In this document: in pieces, positions 8,630 to 16,331 of the stretch | Layout: every line of letters starts with the position of its first letter | How positions within the stretch are numbered: the first letter of the stretch is position 1 | DNA from: a virus | Strand: one strand, 5' to 3' | Virus record (IMG/VR): IMGVR_UViG_648276708_000003 | DNA: 23,574 bases | Translations under genes and position numbers: made by a program | Notes under the pieces: model-generated | The model's database searches: none | What the model was told of the DNA's origin: nothing | The model's input: only the letters and a program-made list of their open reading frames with translations

Positions 8630-8657
8630 TTTACAGTCAGTAATCAGCGAGTATTAT
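8630..8657 (+). promoter_or_regulatory. Sigma70-like promoter for the DUF4225-like gene
   Basis: -35 TTTACA (8630-8635), 16-bp spacer, -10 TATTAT (8652-8657), upstream of a GGAG RBS. Confidence 0.5.
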
Positions 8658-8685
8658 TGATGATGTAATGTACAGGGAGATAAAA

Positions 8686-9498
8686 ATGGACGCAGCCTTG
8701 CTTGAAATGATGGGCTCAGGTGGAAGGAATAAAGCCTGGGCTGAAACAATGGTCAATCTTGAAGCCAGAAAGCTGATTAATATAGCTAACAGGCTGTCAG
8801 CCTTACATCTTAACGATGGGCTTACCCGGATGCAGTTTGTCCAGGAAATAAAATCGGTTGTTGATAAGCAGTTTGCCGCCGCCCGACAAGCAAAATCTGA
8901 TAAAGAATGTCTGGAATGCGTTAAACAGCTTAGATCTGAAACAGAAAACCTTGAAGAGCAAGGAAGATTACTGCTCACAAAGGCAGCACAACTCTATGCC
9001 AAAGTGGAGTTTGTTCGCGAAAACAACAAAATTGTGGGTTACATGATTTCCGCTGTTCATGTCGCGCTTTCAGGTTTTGCTGTTGTTGGCGGTGCTTTGA
9101 TGATCGCGTCAATGACACCTCTTGGCGTACTGGCTGGTGCCGTTCTCGTTGTTGACGGGCTTAATGGCCTGTCCAAAGAACTTATTACCAACCTGTCTGA
9201 CGTACAAACAGAAGGCATGTTTGCCGATGGTGCAATGCAGGCTGCAAAATTCATGGGATTTAAACCAGAGTCAGGACTGGCTTTCTACAATACGGTAACG
9301 CTCACGGCCAGTGTTTATAGCGTTTGGGGGCTAGCGAGAAAGCCTGGCGCATGGCGGCTTTTCAGATGGATGCCCCGTGATTACTTCCGTAAGATCGACA
9401 CCATGAGCCGTCCAAAGCTGACCATGAAAATAATCGGCTGGGGTGTTTCGGCTAAGGTGACATTCGATTTACTCAGCATAAGTAACCAATCAAGCTAA
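8686..9498 (+). CDS. DUF4225-like protein, putative membrane-disrupting toxin
   Basis: Helical N-terminal half, then a Gly-rich hydrophobic hairpin (VVGGALMIASMTPLGVLAGAVLVVDGLN), GM..DG...A.FMGF and a C-terminal RLFRW...D(Y/F).R. Family recognised from memory. Start at the ATG at 8686 by GGAG RBS, giving 270 aa. Confidence 0.72.
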   Translation: MDAALLEMMGSGGRNKAWAETMVNLEARKLINIANRLSALHLNDGLTRMQFVQEIKSVVDKQFAAARQAKSDKECLECVKQLRSETENLEEQGRLLLTKAAQLYAKVEFVRENNKIVGYMISAVHVALSGFAVVGGALMIASMTPLGVLAGAVLVVDGLNGLSKELITNLSDVQTEGMFADGAMQAAKFMGFKPESGLAFYNTVTLTASVYSVWGLARKPGAWRLFRWMPRDYFRKIDTMSRPKLTMKIIGWGVSAKVTFDLLSISNQSS

Positions 9499-9810
9499 GC
9501 CTTTTTTCGACCGCCAGTAGCGCCATGATTTCCAGGCCAGCACTGGCGGTTGAATAAACGTCACAATGACTACACCGAGCAGCAGAGATAAGCCTCCACC
9601 TAAAATGTATGGCTTAGTCGAGAAACAGAGAAGAAATACAAATACTAGTGTGCAGGATGAAACGATCCATAACAGGACTCTAAATCTGTTTTTTAAATCC
9701 ACTACTGCTTCGTCCAGCGTTCCACCATAGCTTTCAATGTTATTTTTAATTTTTTTCAAATCAGCATCAGTAAAACCGGACTTCAATAACTCTGATTCAT
9801 TAACTGTCAT
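9490..9810 (-). CDS. Small two-TM membrane protein, putative immunity protein
   Basis: 106 aa with a soluble N-terminus and two hydrophobic helices ending in a W/K/R-rich tail. Convergent with the toxin-like gene and overlapping it by 9 bp. Confidence 0.65.
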   Translation of the reverse strand: MTVNESELLKSGFTDADLKKIKNNIESYGGTLDEAVVDLKNRFRVLLWIVSSCTLVFVFLLCFSTKPYILGGGLSLLLGVVIVTFIQPPVLAWKSWRYWRSKKGLA

Positions 9811-9947
9811 GGTGCTATACCTTTCATCCTTAAAACGTTAAGTCATTCTAACGCAATTATATACGTGCATGACTCCCATACATCAACTTCCTTTGGCACT
9901 ATAATGGACTTCCGAACCATGTAAATGTGTCAAGAAACCGCCAAATC

Positions 9948-10355
9948 TTAGGTTAGCTTCATCCCGGTATCCCAGTAGGCTGGTAGTGATTCTGCCGGGA
10001 TGCCGCGAGGCGTATTCAGCAGCAACAGCGCCTGATCCATCGTGATACGGTTACAGGCATATTCACGGAAAATATAGCCGATAAGGCCTGCCGCCTTCGC
10101 TTCTCTGGCCCTGATATTGTAGGCGGTCTGACACTCAGCACTGAGGCGGCTGGTCTCTTTGAAATAGTATTCCCGCGCTCTCGCATAATCGTCTGTGCAG
10201 GCCACCAGCACGTTTTCTGTGATCACTTCATAGCGGCCCTGGCAATCTTCGCCGCAGTCCAGCAGCCGCACGCCGGTTCTTTCTGACGATGCCAGTACGG
10301 TTTTCTGAATAGGCAGGCCAGTATCGGGGATCATTCGTCCGTAAACGTCATTCAT
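9948..10355 (-). CDS. Hypothetical protein
   Basis: 135 aa ORF with an AAGGAA RBS, filling the gap. No family recognised. Confidence 0.7.
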   Translation of the reverse strand: MNDVYGRMIPDTGLPIQKTVLASSERTGVRLLDCGEDCQGRYEVITENVLVACTDDYARAREYYFKETSRLSAECQTAYNIRAREAKAAGLIGYIFREYACNRITMDQALLLLNTPRGIPAESLPAYWDTGMKLT

Positions 10356-10494
10356 TTCGCATTCCTTTTTTCAGTAAATGGTGGCGCAACCTGCCGCAGA
10401 GCCAGACTATACGGGAAAAGTGTCGAAAACTTAAAGTGATTTTTATGAAAAATTTATACTTTAAATTCTTTTTTCAGCTATGGCCGCTCATCAC

Positions 10495-10519
10495 CCCAAA
10501 ATTACAAACCCCCTATTCT
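10495..10519 (+). promoter_or_regulatory. Candidate phage late promoter (copy 1)
   Basis: AAATTACAAACC-ccc-TATTCT. Same core and spacing as the sequence upstream of the capsid gene. Confidence 0.5.
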
Positions 10520-10549
10520 CCCCGCTCCATTTACCACAACGGATGAATT

Positions 10550-11128
10550 ATGAGTAACCGTAAAGCCTCGCACTTTGAGCTTTTCCATAACCTGAATATG
10601 GCAATGCGCGAAGATCCGCAGTTTTCCTATGAATATGACTATTCACGAGAAACGCGGACGCTGATGGAAACGCCCTACTGGCGTCTCACCCCGTCACAGC
10701 GCACCACGCGCAACACGATGATTGAGCAGACGATGGCAAACGCCACGGCGGAAGATACCCGCGTGCGCATGATGGCCATGCGTCCGGAGCATCGCTATCT
10801 GCTGATCCCAAATTACATCTGCTTGGCGACAACTGAGTTCTACATGGAGGTTCAAGGCTCACTGTCTGATGAGCCGGAGACCGCCGATCTGATGCCGGTC
10901 ATGTGGTCCGCGATCTACGCGCTCAACCTGGGGCGCGGTATGTCTACTGACGTCTGGAGCGAAATGTCACCTGCAGACCAGCTGGCGCAGACCAAATGGG
11001 TTCAGAAGGTACTGAGTACCGTCAAGCTGTCGCGCTACATCACCGATGCAAGTCGCGCTGTCTGGCTGGGCCTGTTCGTGACCTTCAACGATATCCCGGA
11101 TGATTTCTACGAGCTGATGGAGTCGTAA
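10550..11128 (+). CDS. Hypothetical phage protein
   Basis: 192 aa with phage-like codon usage, GGA RBS and TAATG coupling to the next ORF. Confidence 0.75.
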   Translation: MSNRKASHFELFHNLNMAMREDPQFSYEYDYSRETRTLMETPYWRLTPSQRTTRNTMIEQTMANATAEDTRVRMMAMRPEHRYLLIPNYICLATTEFYMEVQGSLSDEPETADLMPVMWSAIYALNLGRGMSTDVWSEMSPADQLAQTKWVQKVLSTVKLSRYITDASRAVWLGLFVTFNDIPDDFYELMES

Positions 11129-11325
11129 TGATCGCGGCCGAAAAGCCGATCCGCAAAGGTTCTCGCGTGCGTCTGCGTGGGAATCTGTTTGAGGGGGCGA
11201 TATGCGTGGTTGACCGGGTGGACTGGCTGGAGGATGGACAGCGCTATGTGCTGAAGCATCCCCATTACACCTGCCCGCTTAACTACCGTCGCTGGGATCT
11301 GGAGCTGATACCTGATGACCAGTAA
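11128..11325 (+). CDS. Small hypothetical protein, possibly SH3/KOW-like beta barrel
   Basis: 65 aa with IRKGSRVRL...G..CVV..V pattern. TAATG overlap. Confidence 0.6.
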   Translation: MIAAEKPIRKGSRVRLRGNLFEGAICVVDRVDWLEDGQRYVLKHPHYTCPLNYRRWDLELIPDDQ

Positions 11326-11352
11326 AACGCGCTCTGGCGCCGGGGGCAGCTG

Positions 11353-11637
11353 ATGCCTGCTGCCGGTACGCTGGACTCCGTTTGTTCCGGACACGGTGCC
11401 TTCCCTTCACGTCAGACCGCTGAGGCTGACGCGGGGCTAACCATCAACGGCAAGGCCGTGCTGGTGGACGGCAAACTGTTTAAGGATCACACGGACGGGA
11501 AAAGCACTCACAACGGCAAGGCGGTATCTGGCCGTCCGTGGTTCACCATTAACGGCAAAGGCATTGTGTGCGTTGACGATCAGGTTTCATGCGGATCGAC
11601 AGTCGCAACAGGCGATGCCGGATTCCAGGTGAACTGA
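11353..11637 (+). CDS. PAAR-family spike tip protein (P1 UpfC-like)
   Basis: 94 aa with CSGHG.FP, two TINGK repeats, H...H and SCG...TG metal-binding pattern as in T4 gp5.4/PAAR proteins. Confidence 0.88.
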   Translation: MPAAGTLDSVCSGHGAFPSRQTAEADAGLTINGKAVLVDGKLFKDHTDGKSTHNGKAVSGRPWFTINGKGIVCVDDQVSCGSTVATGDAGFQVN

Positions 11638-11654
11638 TTGCCCTTTTTCATGCA

Positions 11655-11673
11655 CGCAGCCGTCATGGCTGCG
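11655..11673 (+). other. Intergenic hairpin upstream of the i-spanin RBS
   Basis: CGCAGCC-gtcat-GGCTGCG with no U-tract. Confidence 0.4.
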
Positions 11674-11690
11674 CTTACACAGGAATAACC

Positions 11691-12215
11691 ATGTTCAGTG
11701 AAATCACCTTCACCGGCTGGCTTAAACGCGCTGTCGCCGTGGCGCTATGCGCGGCTCTGCTGCTGCTGGGCCATAAGGGCTACGTGACCGTTACGGACCA
11801 CCTGGCGCACGTTGCGGAGCTGGAATCAGCTAACGATACGCTTACCACCAACAACAAAAGGCTCACCGGCAATAACAGCACGCTGAAAACCGCACTTTCC
11901 GATCAACAGGCGCAGACGGCCACGCTGCAGCGGACCCTGGCTGAGCGGGAAAAAGACCGGCAGGAATACGCGCAGAAACAGGCGGCGCTGGAGCAGGAAT
12001 TAGTGAAAATTAAAGAGGATAGTCAGAATGAAATTGATGAGATCAACCGTGCGATATTGCTTGCTGGTGTTAATCATACTGCTTTGCCTGCCAGCGTTAT
12101 TCGCATGCTCCGGGACAAAGCCCGTGCCATTAACACCCGAAGTCGTGACGGTTACAAAGCTGGTGGAGCTACCGCCTCAAAAAGCGCAGACCTACCAGCC
12201 GTGCCAGGTGGATGA
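11691..12215 (+). CDS. Inner-membrane spanin (Rz-like)
   Basis: Start at the ATG at 11691 (AGGA RBS), giving 174 aa. Single N-terminal TM helix, then a long coiled coil and LP..V.R.L. Overlapped by a lipoprotein gene. Confidence 0.8.
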   Translation: MFSEITFTGWLKRAVAVALCAALLLLGHKGYVTVTDHLAHVAELESANDTLTTNNKRLTGNNSTLKTALSDQQAQTATLQRTLAEREKDRQEYAQKQAALEQELVKIKEDSQNEIDEINRAILLAGVNHTALPASVIRMLRDKARAINTRSRDGYKAGGATASKSADLPAVPGG

Positions 12216-12330
12216 GAACATACCTGGATTCACTGACCAGTTACCCGCTTATGTGGCGCGAATACTGACATTAGTGGATGAATGCAACCGGCGAAACGAC
12301 CTGATTTCCGATCATAATCAGAAGCTATAA
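12028..12330 (+). CDS. Outer-membrane lipoprotein spanin (Rz1-like)
   Basis: Lies in the +1 frame, starting inside the i-spanin. Signal peptide with lipobox LFA-C, Pro-rich mature part, and PC and CN cysteines. Confidence 0.8.
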   Translation: MKLMRSTVRYCLLVLIILLCLPALFACSGTKPVPLTPEVVTVTKLVELPPQKAQTYQPCQVDENIPGFTDQLPAYVARILTLVDECNRRNDLISDHNQKL

Positions 12331-12356
12331 AAAAACCGCCCATCAGGGCGGTTTTT
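12331..12356. terminator. Bidirectional Rho-independent terminator
   Basis: AAAAACCGCCC-atca-GGGCGGTTTTT between convergent genes. Confidence 0.88.
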
Positions 12357-12358
12357 CT

Positions 12359-12781
12359 TTATGCCTCAGCGATGGCTTCGCCCTGATTTTCTACCATGTA
12401 GCCCGCAGCCACTTCCGGCCCGCCAATCTCCAGCATAATTTTACGCATGCCCGCTGCCAGGGAACCGTCACCCTGGTTAACCAGAAATTCACGCGCCGCG
12501 AGTGGCATGTAAATGGACGCTGTTACCGGGTTGTGCATCTGCTGCGTATTGCCTGCCCTGCGCCAGCGTGCCATGCCACGGATAGCGTCGTCCTCTAACG
12601 TCGGGCATGCCTCCATGATGATTTCAGCGCCGTACATGATGACGATCTGCTTAGCCAGTGAACGTGGCTCTTTTTCGCTGAGCAGATAGTCCAGATGGTG
12701 ACGGGCGTCGCGCTGGCTTCCGGTTGCTAAGGTGTGCGATTTAGTGCCGTTACCGTACTGAAAATAGAGCTTATAAGACAT
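12359..12781 (-). CDS. Hypothetical protein with possible C-terminal ribbon-helix-helix-like DNA-binding module
   Basis: 140 aa ending exactly at the bidirectional terminator. VTASIYMP (strand), LAAREFL (helix), GDGS and LAAGMRKIM (helix) fit an RHH-like layout. Confidence 0.6.
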   Translation of the reverse strand: MSYKLYFQYGNGTKSHTLATGSQRDARHHLDYLLSEKEPRSLAKQIVIMYGAEIIMEACPTLEDDAIRGMARWRRAGNTQQMHNPVTASIYMPLAAREFLVNQGDGSLAAGMRKIMLEIGGPEVAAGYMVENQGEAIAEA

Positions 12782-12842
12782 GAGGATTACCAGTGGTCAA
12801 TTACATGGCGGAAAGGTACATCAAAAAATAAATATTTTCCTT

Positions 12843-12856
12843 AGATTTTAAAATCT
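12843..12856. promoter_or_regulatory. Perfect 14-bp palindrome AGATTTTAAAATCT in a divergent promoter region
   Basis: Directly visible in the sequence. Function is inferred only. Confidence 0.4.
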
Positions 12857-12874
12857 TTTCTTGCCACCCTCACA

Positions 12875-12899
12875 CCGCAAAGTACAAACCGCATAAATT
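12875..12899 (+). promoter_or_regulatory. Candidate phage late promoter (copy 2) for the capsid/tail operon
   Basis: AAAGTACAAACC-gca-TAAATT with no recognisable -35 box. Confidence 0.5.
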
Positions 12900-12950
12900 T
12901 GCCTCGTCAAAAATTCCCTCGCAGCCGCGCCCTGAAAAAAGGGCTGAATT

Positions 12951-14696
12951 GTGAGCAAAGATATTACCCCTGCACGTATGCGTGAGCAGGACATCATGAC
13001 CCGTGCTTCGCGTGTCATGGCTTTTACCGTTGATGCACAGCGCAATGCTTCTGGCGCGATGATTACCGATCGCGTCGAAATGTCACGGAACATTGGCGCT
13101 GCAGCAGGCCAGGATCCGATGTTTGAAGGCGTTAACCCGGAGTTCTGCCGCATTGTCGGCACTGCCTGGGCGTCGAGCATGATCGAGTACAAAGAGCGTC
13201 ACGGACACTATCCACCAGCTGATCAGCTGGCGAACGCCAGCCGTGCGCTGGAAAACCTGATGGTTGAATCAGCGGCTGAAAAGCACGAAGGCAACGGCAA
13301 GGCGATGTTTGAATCTGTCGCGGCTGACATGCGCACTTCTGACGGTGTAATGCGCCAGGCGCAGTTTGCCGCTCTGATCCTGCCTGCTGTACTGGGCGCG
13401 GCCACCAGCGACGCATGTACCTTTGTCCCGTGTGAGCGCGATGAAGCGAAGATTTACGAGCTCCTGAACGTCGCCGGTACAAAGTTCGGCAGCTTTGACC
13501 AGGGCGATGAAATGCACATGCAGTCTGCTGCTGTGTACTCGCAGATGAAGCGCCTGTATCCGTTCCCTGCTGCGATGCAGCCGGACGGCACCAAGAAAAC
13601 CTTCACCTTCTCCATGAAGACCGTGGAAGGCGCTGATATGCCGATTCGCGCTGGCCGCGCCAAGCTGCTGATCAACCGTCGTCCGGGCAAAGTCGATGAC
13701 GGCGACGGCAACCTGTATTTCTCTGATAAAGACGTCAAAGGCAATGCTTTTGCGGCCACCTGTAAGGTCGATTACGACAAAGGCAGCATCGCTGTGACCT
13801 TTACCGATGCACCGGCTAAGGGTACTGAGCTGGCGGCACAGGTTGAGATCAACGTCGAGAAGGCACCAGGCCTGATCCCGGTTATCAACCAGTCCATGCG
13901 TGAGTTCACCGTTAAGCCATCGCAGTTCGTGATCGCGTCTGAACACACCGTTATGGCCGCATCTGATTTGAGCCGTGAATTTGGCATCAATCTGTCGTCT
14001 ACCCAGTTTACCGCTATGCGTAACTGGCTGAGCCATGAGCAGGACATGATGCGTCTGCGCACGATGGCATTCCATAACGTCTATAACCGTGAATTTGACG
14101 TGGCACTGCCGGAAGGCCAGACCTACGAATCGTGGGTAGGCCTGATGAAGCACGCGATCACCCAGCTGAGCACTGACATGGTGAACCGTACCCGTAAGGC
14201 CGGTATCCGTGGCGGCTTCGCTGGTGGTGAGGCGGCGAACTTCCTGAAGAGCCTGCCTGCTAACGTCTTCCAGGCTGATCCTAACTTTGTGCAGTCACCG
14301 TACATCCAGCGTATCGGCACCCTGTTCGGCATTTATCAGATCTTCGAAGTCCCTACCGCTATCTGCGATCAGTTCGTGGTAGACGGCGTGGCGCTGGCTA
14401 AAGAGGACATTCTTTTCTACGGCCGCGGTGATTCTATCGGTGACGCTGGTCTGATCGCGGGTGACGCGGTTCCGGCCATTCCGTATGTCCACGAAACCAA
14501 CCCGTCGCTGGTCAACCGCACCACGCTTTGGGGCTCTTCACTTAACGAGCTGCACCCGCGCAATGGTGAAAACTACTTCGCCAAGCTGACCCTGACCAAC
14601 ACCAAAGTCGGCGCTTACAACATGCTGACCGGTAAGCAGATCGAAGGCGAAACCGCTCCTGAAGCAGCTGCCACCGGCACCGGCACCGGCAGCTAA
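12951..14696 (+). CDS. Major capsid protein precursor (P1 gp23-like)
   Basis: 581 aa with strongly biased codons. An N-terminal propeptide ends at AMFE121|S122, matching the known P1 gp23 E120|S121 processing site. First gene of the structural operon. Confidence 0.85.
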   Translation: MSKDITPARMREQDIMTRASRVMAFTVDAQRNASGAMITDRVEMSRNIGAAAGQDPMFEGVNPEFCRIVGTAWASSMIEYKERHGHYPPADQLANASRALENLMVESAAEKHEGNGKAMFESVAADMRTSDGVMRQAQFAALILPAVLGAATSDACTFVPCERDEAKIYELLNVAGTKFGSFDQGDEMHMQSAAVYSQMKRLYPFPAAMQPDGTKKTFTFSMKTVEGADMPIRAGRAKLLINRRPGKVDDGDGNLYFSDKDVKGNAFAATCKVDYDKGSIAVTFTDAPAKGTELAAQVEINVEKAPGLIPVINQSMREFTVKPSQFVIASEHTVMAASDLSREFGINLSSTQFTAMRNWLSHEQDMMRLRTMAFHNVYNREFDVALPEGQTYESWVGLMKHAITQLSTDMVNRTRKAGIRGGFAGGEAANFLKSLPANVFQADPNFVQSPYIQRIGTLFGIYQIFEVPTAICDQFVVDGVALAKEDILFYGRGDSIGDAGLIAGDAVPAIPYVHETNPSLVNRTTLWGSSLNELHPRNGENYFAKLTLTNTKVGAYNMLTGKQIEGETAPEAAATGTGTGS

Positions 14697-14697
14697 T

Positions 14698-14724
14698 CCC
14701 CCTTAACGCCCCCGTTAAGGGGGC
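14698..14724 (+). other. Intergenic stem-loop with two alternative pairings
   Basis: Either CCCCCTTAACG-cccc-CGTTAAGGGGG or GCCCCC-gttaa-GGGGGC. Confidence 0.65.
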
Positions 14725-14742
14725 ATTTCATGGACATTTCAC

Positions 14743-16320
14743 ATGAATAAGATTCGTTTTTCTGTGGGCCAGGCGTCCGGCATTGCGGTGCAGGAAGTCA
14801 ACGCTGATGCGACGACTTCCGTTGCATCTGGCGGCGCGTCCGTCTTTGCCGGTCTGGTTATTGCCCGCCGAGGCAAAATCGGCGCTGTTCTGCGCGTCAC
14901 GGCTGATAACTATCAAGCGGTGCTGGGCGAAGCCATTCACCCGCGCAGCGGTGCGGCATTTGAGCCGCTGCGCCACGTAGCGACTGCCGTTAACGGCGGT
15001 GATGGTTATGTGGTACGTGTGGCGGCGCCGGGTATGAAGATCCCTGCCCTATCCCTGATGGCTGATACCACCATGCAGGAGCTGAGCGTGGTGGCCAGCA
15101 ACTTTGCGCCGTCTTCCGATCCGGTTCTGGCGGCTGGCGCTGCAGCGATGATCTACATCGAAGATGGCGACGCCTCAGCAAATCGCACTCTGAGCATGGA
15201 AGCCGACAAAACGGCACCGGGCTTCTACATCCTGACGCTGAAGGAAGTTGACGCGGCTGGCGGTGAGTCAGTGCTGGAATCCCACCAGATTTCTTTCAAC
15301 ACCAATGCCACCAGCGACATGGGTTCGCCTGCCTTCCTGCCGACCGCGCTGGAAAATGGCTCTACCCGCCTTCGCGCTATCGTATCGGACGACGTTGAAA
15401 CGCTGATGCAGCCTATCACTGAAGGCTTCGACGATATGCAGTTTAGCGGCGGCATTGATGGCGATCTGTCTGCTATTGCCACGGCTGACTACACCAAAGC
15501 CCTGACGGTTCTGCGTAAATCCATGTTCTCCTGGACGGCTGTACTGTCGCTGGGCTGCTATGACCCGACCGTGATCGCGGCGCTGGTCAAGCTGGCTGAA
15601 GACACCCGTACCGACATGTTCTACGACGTGCATGGTGCGCAGCTGTCTGCAGCGGCGATGGCGGAGGCGCTGGGCCACGGCCTCGGCGGTTCACATCAGC
15701 CAGCACGCTACTACTGGCCGTACACCGCACGCGACGCATTCACCGGCACCAACGTTAACTGGGGGATCTCCTGTGATGCGTTTGTGGCGAAAGCCAAAGG
15801 CGTGGCGCTGGTCTCCGACGTCGGTGGCTGGCATTACTCACCTGCTGGCGTGTCACGCGCAATCATCAACCGTCAGAACATCAAGCCTATCCCGAATCTG
15901 GACGAGATCGACCGCGAAGCCTTTGTGACTGCGCGCATCAACCCGGTAAGCCTCGATAAAGCCGGGAACATGTATATCGACGACTCCCTGACTACGTTCG
16001 CCAAAAACAACTACCTGCGCCTGCAGCACATCAGTTCGCTGATGAACGCGATCGCACGCGGTTTTTATGACGTGGCAGAAGCGCTGAAGCATGAGCCGGA
16101 CGGTATCACCTTCAAAGGCCTGACTGATGGCTTAACCGATCTGCTGGAGCGCTTCGTAGCCGCTGAGGCACTGGTTAAACCGCGTGATGTCATGCAAGGC
16201 ACTGAGCCGTTTGTAGTCTCCGTGGTGCAAAAAGATATCGACCTGTGGGAAGCCTCCTGGTCTGTCTGCCCTACCGGATCTTCACGCCGCATCGTCGGCA
16301 AGCCAACGCTGTTCCGTTAA
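14743..16320 (+). CDS. Contractile tail sheath protein (P1 gp22-like)
   Basis: 525 aa with sheath motifs FSGGIDG, YYWPY, W.SPAG..R, INPV, and a C-terminal E..D...T...V.P..S.R.I. Confidence 0.9.
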   Translation: MNKIRFSVGQASGIAVQEVNADATTSVASGGASVFAGLVIARRGKIGAVLRVTADNYQAVLGEAIHPRSGAAFEPLRHVATAVNGGDGYVVRVAAPGMKIPALSLMADTTMQELSVVASNFAPSSDPVLAAGAAAMIYIEDGDASANRTLSMEADKTAPGFYILTLKEVDAAGGESVLESHQISFNTNATSDMGSPAFLPTALENGSTRLRAIVSDDVETLMQPITEGFDDMQFSGGIDGDLSAIATADYTKALTVLRKSMFSWTAVLSLGCYDPTVIAALVKLAEDTRTDMFYDVHGAQLSAAAMAEALGHGLGGSHQPARYYWPYTARDAFTGTNVNWGISCDAFVAKAKGVALVSDVGGWHYSPAGVSRAIINRQNIKPIPNLDEIDREAFVTARINPVSLDKAGNMYIDDSLTTFAKNNYLRLQHISSLMNAIARGFYDVAEALKHEPDGITFKGLTDGLTDLLERFVAAEALVKPRDVMQGTEPFVVSVVQKDIDLWEASWSVCPTGSSRRIVGKPTLFR

Positions 16321-16331
16321 CAGAGGAAATT

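Noticed and set aside
14673-14690. (ACCGGC)x3 at the capsid C-terminus as a possible recoding or contingency repeat
   Set aside because: It is an in-frame Thr-Gly tail followed by a firm TAA and a hairpin, with no plausible extension ORF.
6031-16331. ORF-track starts at 6031, 8668, 11589 and 16245
   Set aside because: Downstream starts at 6082, 8686, 11691 and 16332 have proper RBSs or stop-start coupling and avoid long overlaps.
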